Shown here: positions 60,162-64,000 of the stretch, one piece after another | Numbering within the stretch: the first letter of the stretch is position 1 | How the letters are laid out: every line of letters begins with the position of its first letter | NCBI GenBank assembly: GCA_041398825.1 | Contig: JAWKTX010000014.1 | Coordinates: 77,110-141,109, forward strand | Source: Planctomycetaceae bacterium | GTDB lineage: Bacteria; Planctomycetota; Planctomycetia; Planctomycetales; Planctomycetaceae | DNA length: 64,000 nt | Direction: 5' to 3' | Position numbers and translations under genes: made by a program | Notes under the pieces: model-generated | The model's input: only the letters and a program-made list of their open reading frames with translations | What the model was told of the DNA's origin: nothing | The model's database searches: none

Positions 60162-60650
60162 ATGGTTGGTCAGTCTTCATCTGCTTCCCGCTCAATCGAA
60201 GTGTTGCTGGTTCACGACGTTAACAATCTTGGCCACCGGGGCGAAATTGTCCGAGTGAAGCCGGGCTACGCCCGTAACTATCTGCTGCCGCAGGGCAAGG
60301 CAACTGTGGCCACGGCTCAGAATAAGCGTTTGGTCGAGCGCCACAAAGAGCAACTGGCTGCTCTGGAAGCTGATCGTATTCGCAGCTTCGTCAAGATCGC
60401 TGAAGCTGTTGGCAAATACAGTGCAACGATTGAAGCTAATGCAACCGCAGACAACCATCTTTATGGTTCTGTTGTTGCCAAGGATATCAGTGAAGCTCTG
60501 AAGGCTGCAGGCCACCCTGTTGAGGCAGAACATGTTCGCCTCGAAGGACCAATCAAGGAACTGGGTATGTACACAGTGAAGCTGAAGTTTCACGAGAAGG
60601 TACAAGCCGAAGTCAAAGTCTGGGTCGTTCCATCAGCAACCAGTGCATAA
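60162..60650 (+). CDS. rplI: 50S ribosomal protein L9
   Basis: The ORF contains IEVLLVHDVNNLGHRGEIVRVKPGYARNYLLPQGKA. An ~11-aa N-terminal extension precedes the usual start. Confidence 0.92.
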   Translation: MVGQSSSASRSIEVLLVHDVNNLGHRGEIVRVKPGYARNYLLPQGKATVATAQNKRLVERHKEQLAALEADRIRSFVKIAEAVGKYSATIEANATADNHLYGSVVAKDISEALKAAGHPVEAEHVRLEGPIKELGMYTVKLKFHEKVQAEVKVWVVPSATSA

Positions 60651-60700
60651 ACAATCACTCTGGTGAACGGACTTTGTCTGTCACTCCCCAAAAGACTCTG

Positions 60701-60736
60701 ATCCTCAGCTGGTGCAAACCGGCTGAGGATTTTTTC
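60701..60736 (+). terminator. Rho-independent terminator after rplI
   Basis: A perfect 9-bp stem (atcctcagc at 60701-60709 pairing with gctgaggat at 60722-60730) encloses a 12-nt loop and is followed by TTTTT. Confidence 0.8.
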
Positions 60737-60749
60737 TCGGATTCGTGCA

Positions 60750-62171
60750 ATGGCTGAACGCTTCGATTCCTCTTCCCGAGGCCGCAGAAAACGCTTTGAC
60801 CGATCTCGGAGCGAAGACGATGCAGCGATCGATCCTGTTCGATTACCGCCTCAGAATCTGGATGCCGAACGTGGTGTGCTCGGTAGTATATTGCTCATCA
60901 ATGAAGCGATTGACGAAATCGGTGAAGCGCTTCGCGCAGAACACTTCTATGTGGACGCTCATCAAAAGATCTTTGCCGCAATCATCCGAATGTACGAGGA
61001 AGGCGTTCGTGGTATCGATGGTGTGACACTGGCGGAAGAGCTCCAGCGGCACGGTCATCTTGAAGAGATCGGTGGCACTGCGTACCTGGCTGAGATTCTG
61101 GAAGCCGTACCCCACGCTGCCCACGTCCGTTATTACGCGAAAATCGTGCGTGAAAAGTGGATGTTGCGAACGCTCATTTACAACTGTACGGAAATCCTGG
61201 CGGACAGCTATGCGCTCACTGAAGATGTCGAAGAGCTTCTTCAGTCCGCTGAGAAGCGGATTTTCAGCATTATGGAGCAGCAAACGAATACTGGTAATAT
61301 CGCCATCAGTGATATTCTGATCGAAACGTTCAATCGCCTGGATGAACGGATGAAGACAGAAGGCGACGTGACCGGTATTACCACCGGGTTCGCTGACCTC
61401 GACCAACAGACCACCGGGCTTCAGCCAACCGAGTTAATCATTCTGGCGGCTCGTCCTTCCATGGGGAAAACGGCGTTGGTTTGTAATGTTGCAGAAGCTG
61501 TGGCGAGGCGTTCAGGAAAGGGCGTCCTGCTGTTCAGTCTTGAACAGTCTAATCTGGAGCTTGCCGAAAGGTTTCTTGCGATCACCGCTCGAATCAATGG
61601 TCACGATTTGCGGTCGGGCAATCTGACTGACGAACAACGTGATCTGCTCTACCAGGCATCTGATGAATTATCCCGCATGCCGTTGTTTATTGACGACAAA
61701 CCCGGGAGAACGATGACGCAGGTGGCCGCCATTTCCCGGCGTCTGCATCGCAAGAGCCCCCTTGGCGTGATCATCATCGACTACCTTCAGCTGATTGAAC
61801 CGGATGAAAAAGGCATTCCGCGTGAACAGCAGATTGCTCAGATTTCACGTCGCCTGAAGTTTCTTGCGAAGGAGCTGAGAGTTCCCGTGATTGCACTGGC
61901 CCAGCTGAATCGTGGTGTTGAGCTGCGCGAAGACAAACGACCACGTCTGGCGGACCTCCGCGAGAGTGGTTCCATCGAGCAGGACGCCGACATGGTGATG
62001 TTTCTGCACCGGCCTGATGCTTATGATCCGGAAGATCGTCCCGGGGAAGCTGAAATTGTTGTCGCCAAACACAGAAGCGGTCCCACAGGTATCGTCCGAT
62101 TGACCTGGCGAAAAGAGTACATGCGATTTGAAAACTACAGCCCAGTCGCCGACATCGATATTGATATCTGA
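60750..62171 (+). CDS. dnaB: replicative DNA helicase DnaB
   Basis: The 473-aa ORF contains PPQNLDAERGVLGSILL, Walker A ARPSMGKTA, IIDYLQLI and SGSIEQDADMVMFLHR. No intein insertion is visible. Confidence 0.95.
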   Translation: MAERFDSSSRGRRKRFDRSRSEDDAAIDPVRLPPQNLDAERGVLGSILLINEAIDEIGEALRAEHFYVDAHQKIFAAIIRMYEEGVRGIDGVTLAEELQRHGHLEEIGGTAYLAEILEAVPHAAHVRYYAKIVREKWMLRTLIYNCTEILADSYALTEDVEELLQSAEKRIFSIMEQQTNTGNIAISDILIETFNRLDERMKTEGDVTGITTGFADLDQQTTGLQPTELIILAARPSMGKTALVCNVAEAVARRSGKGVLLFSLEQSNLELAERFLAITARINGHDLRSGNLTDEQRDLLYQASDELSRMPLFIDDKPGRTMTQVAAISRRLHRKSPLGVIIIDYLQLIEPDEKGIPREQQIAQISRRLKFLAKELRVPVIALAQLNRGVELREDKRPRLADLRESGSIEQDADMVMFLHRPDAYDPEDRPGEAEIVVAKHRSGPTGIVRLTWRKEYMRFENYSPVADIDIDI

Positions 62172-62381
62172 ATCATCGTTTTCAGTGATGTTTCAATTGA
62201 TTTCAGAGGTACAGAACTGCCCTGAATCCACCTTAAACTGAGCTGTTGACCTGAGCAGAATGACATGTTGATCTGTGGGTGAGGATTGACACTCTTCGCA
62301 CTTGTGTCAGCACCAGCCATTGATATACCAATCCATTCCGAATGAACATCGTAAACTCCACCGGATGTCTGGTTAGGACCA

Positions 62382-63017
62382 ATGTCAATGCAGGCAATCA
62401 TTGATGCAATAAACGATCTTATCACCGATCACTGGGTGAAGTTTGTTTCCGCCGCCGCATTCACCATTGTGGGATGGATGGTGGCGCGCTGGCGAGCAGA
62501 CCGCGAATGGCGAAAGCGGGAATTCTTTAACCGACTCAATATCTCATTGAATTCGATTGTGGATGGTAAACTCAGGATCCGGACTGTCAGTGAAAAACTA
62601 TGCTCTGAAATCTTTCTTAATCGCGTGGCGGTTGATCGACTGATATCCACAGCTCAGGCAACAACCAAAGAGAACCCGATTATTCCCATCCCTCGGGATG
62701 ACTGCTGGTTCTATCTGAATTCGGTCCTCAATGAACTCTCAGAGCAGTTTGCTGATGGGCTTTTTCGGCGCGAAGCCGGACTCAATCACACGTCAGTGAC
62801 ATACCTGATCTGCCTGACAAATGAATGTGACGGTGAAGTTCGAACTCGAAAAGTTCGGGCAATGGTGATTCGGAAAGAACTACTGGAGACACTGCCGGAA
62901 GAATCGCCGGAGCTGGAAAGTCCGAACCACGCCATCCGATGGAAGACCATTCAGAAGATGCAGGCAGTCTGGAAATCCGAGCCCTGGAAGTTTCTGCAGG
63001 CGGAAATCGTCGTCTGA
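62382..63017 (+). CDS. hypothetical N-terminally anchored protein
   Basis: The 211-aa ORF has one N-terminal TM helix (FVSAAAFTIVGWMVARW) followed by a soluble domain with no recognisable motif. The local sequence is noticeably AT-richer than its neighbours. Confidence 0.5.
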   Translation: MSMQAIIDAINDLITDHWVKFVSAAAFTIVGWMVARWRADREWRKREFFNRLNISLNSIVDGKLRIRTVSEKLCSEIFLNRVAVDRLISTAQATTKENPIIPIPRDDCWFYLNSVLNELSEQFADGLFRREAGLNHTSVTYLICLTNECDGEVRTRKVRAMVIRKELLETLPEESPELESPNHAIRWKTIQKMQAVWKSEPWKFLQAEIVV

Positions 63018-63080
63018 TTGCTGCTGTCCTTCAGGGACGCTCACCATCCCTGCAAATAGCCTGCCGCGCGGATTTGTATT

Positions 63081-64000
63081 ATGTCCGACTGCATCATCGT
63101 GATGTCGCGCTATCCGGTGCCGGGTTTGGCCAAGACGCGGTTGATCCCCGCCATAGGTGCCATGCGCGCTGCAGCACTTCATGAACGCATGGTTCGGCAC
63201 ACCCTGAACACTGTGGATGAATTTCGTCGAAGCAGAAGCGTCGACGCATGTGTTTGTTATACAGGCGGAACAGCCGAGCAGATGCGTGAGCGATTCGGGA
63301 GCCATTTCCGGTACGAGAAGCAATCCGAAGGCGACCTCGGCCATCGAATGCATAGGGCGATCATCCAGGCGATTCAATCGGGGGCCACTCGTGTCGTGGT
63401 CATTGGAACGGATTGTCCCAGCCTGAATACGTCATTCATTGAACTCGCTTTTGATCGCCTCATGGATGCAGATCTGGTTTGGGGGCCCGCCAGGGACGGC
63501 GGATATTACCTGCTGGGATGTCGTCGCGTCCATGAAGTGATTTTCAACGACATCCATTGGGGTACTGCAGGCGTGCTGTCTCAATCGATCCGAAGCGCAG
63601 AATCGGCCGGACTGATTTCGGCCAGATTGCCTGCACTTTCAGATGTTGATTTTGCAGAAGACCTGGTGAGTTGTCGGAGACTGTTCGTCGATGCGAGCGA
63701 CGTATTCCCGCCGTGTATTCAGGACCGGCTGTCGGTAATTATTCCAACGCTTAACGAAGAATCATGCCTGCCTCGCACCCTGAAACAATTCTCGTCTTTG
63801 CCTGACGACAGTTCACTTGAAGTAATTGTGGCTGACGGAGGGAGCTGCGATAAAACGATCTCAATTGCTGAAAGTTTTGGCGCACGCGTGGTTTCGTGCA
63901 ACAGTGGACGTGGGCCTCAACTCAATTCCGGGGCCTGTATCAGTACCGGAGAATGGTTGCTGTTTCTGCATGCTGACACGCTTCTTCCGCCAGACTACCG
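63081..64000 (+). CDS. fusion of a DUF2064 (TIGR04282-like) domain and a family-2 glycosyltransferase (TIGR04283-like) domain; 3' end outside window
   Basis: Hand translation from the ATG at 63081 is open to the window end, so the ORF is not in the track. It reads MSDCIIVMSRYPVPGLAKTRLIPAIG...VVVIGTDCPSL...ARDGGYYLLG (DUF2064 motifs), then RLSVIIPTLNEE...VIVADGGSCDKT...WLLFLHADT (a GT2 DxD-type core). Confidence 0.75.
   Translation, partial: MSDCIIVMSRYPVPGLAKTRLIPAIGAMRAAALHERMVRHTLNTVDEFRRSRSVDACVCYTGGTAEQMRERFGSHFRYEKQSEGDLGHRMHRAIIQAIQSGATRVVVIGTDCPSLNTSFIELAFDRLMDADLVWGPARDGGYYLLGCRRVHEVIFNDIHWGTAGVLSQSIRSAESAGLISARLPALSDVDFAEDLVSCRRLFVDASDVFPPCIQDRLSVIIPTLNEESCLPRTLKQFSSLPDDSSLEVIVADGGSCDKTISIAESFGARVVSCNSGRGPQLNSGACISTGEWLLFLHADTLLPPDY

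Overview
A 64-kb, densely coded chromosomal window. It is almost certainly from a member of the Planctomycetota: the gene content includes DUF1501, a DUF1549/DUF1553 protein with Big_2 domains, a PSCyt1-type CxxCH protein, a BatA-type double-TM/VWA protein, MoxR and several Tat or Sec signal peptides. Hand counts of a few lines put GC in the mid-50s %. Most of the window is housekeeping: tRNA-Gly, tig-clpP-clpP, tRNA-Ser, bioF, prs, mutS, and rplY-pth-rpsF-ssb-rplI-dnaB. I found no rRNA, CRISPR array, transposase or integrase. Two CDSs truncated by the window edges are missing from the ORF track and were recovered by hand translation: complement(<1..968) and 63081..>64000. Three regions are accessory-looking. 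(1) 6.5-12.8 kb, directly downstream of tRNA-Ser, holds a divergently transcribed pair: a TM / 2x TrkA-N (NAD-binding Rossmann) / RyR-repeat membrane protein, and a 1,048-aa TIR / double-zinc-ribbon / helical-repeat / polytopic-membrane protein. This is my best candidate for an undescribed NAD+/TIR-type signalling or defence module. (2) 31.4-40.1 kb holds two divergent operons around a type III polyketide synthase. They include an FAD oxidoreductase, three methyltransferases (one an ICMT-like membrane enzyme), a YceI lipid-binding protein and an MMPL/RND exporter, which together suggest a phenolic-lipid gene cluster. (3) Short repeat structures: six copies of a 13-bp GATC-containing tandem repeat between two convergent genes, a 2 x 21-bp TTGACA-containing direct repeat upstream of bioF, and an 18-bp palindrome in the PKS cluster's divergent promoter region. 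All functional calls rest on motifs read by eye from the translations. No database search was possible, so family assignments need HMMER or BLAST confirmation.
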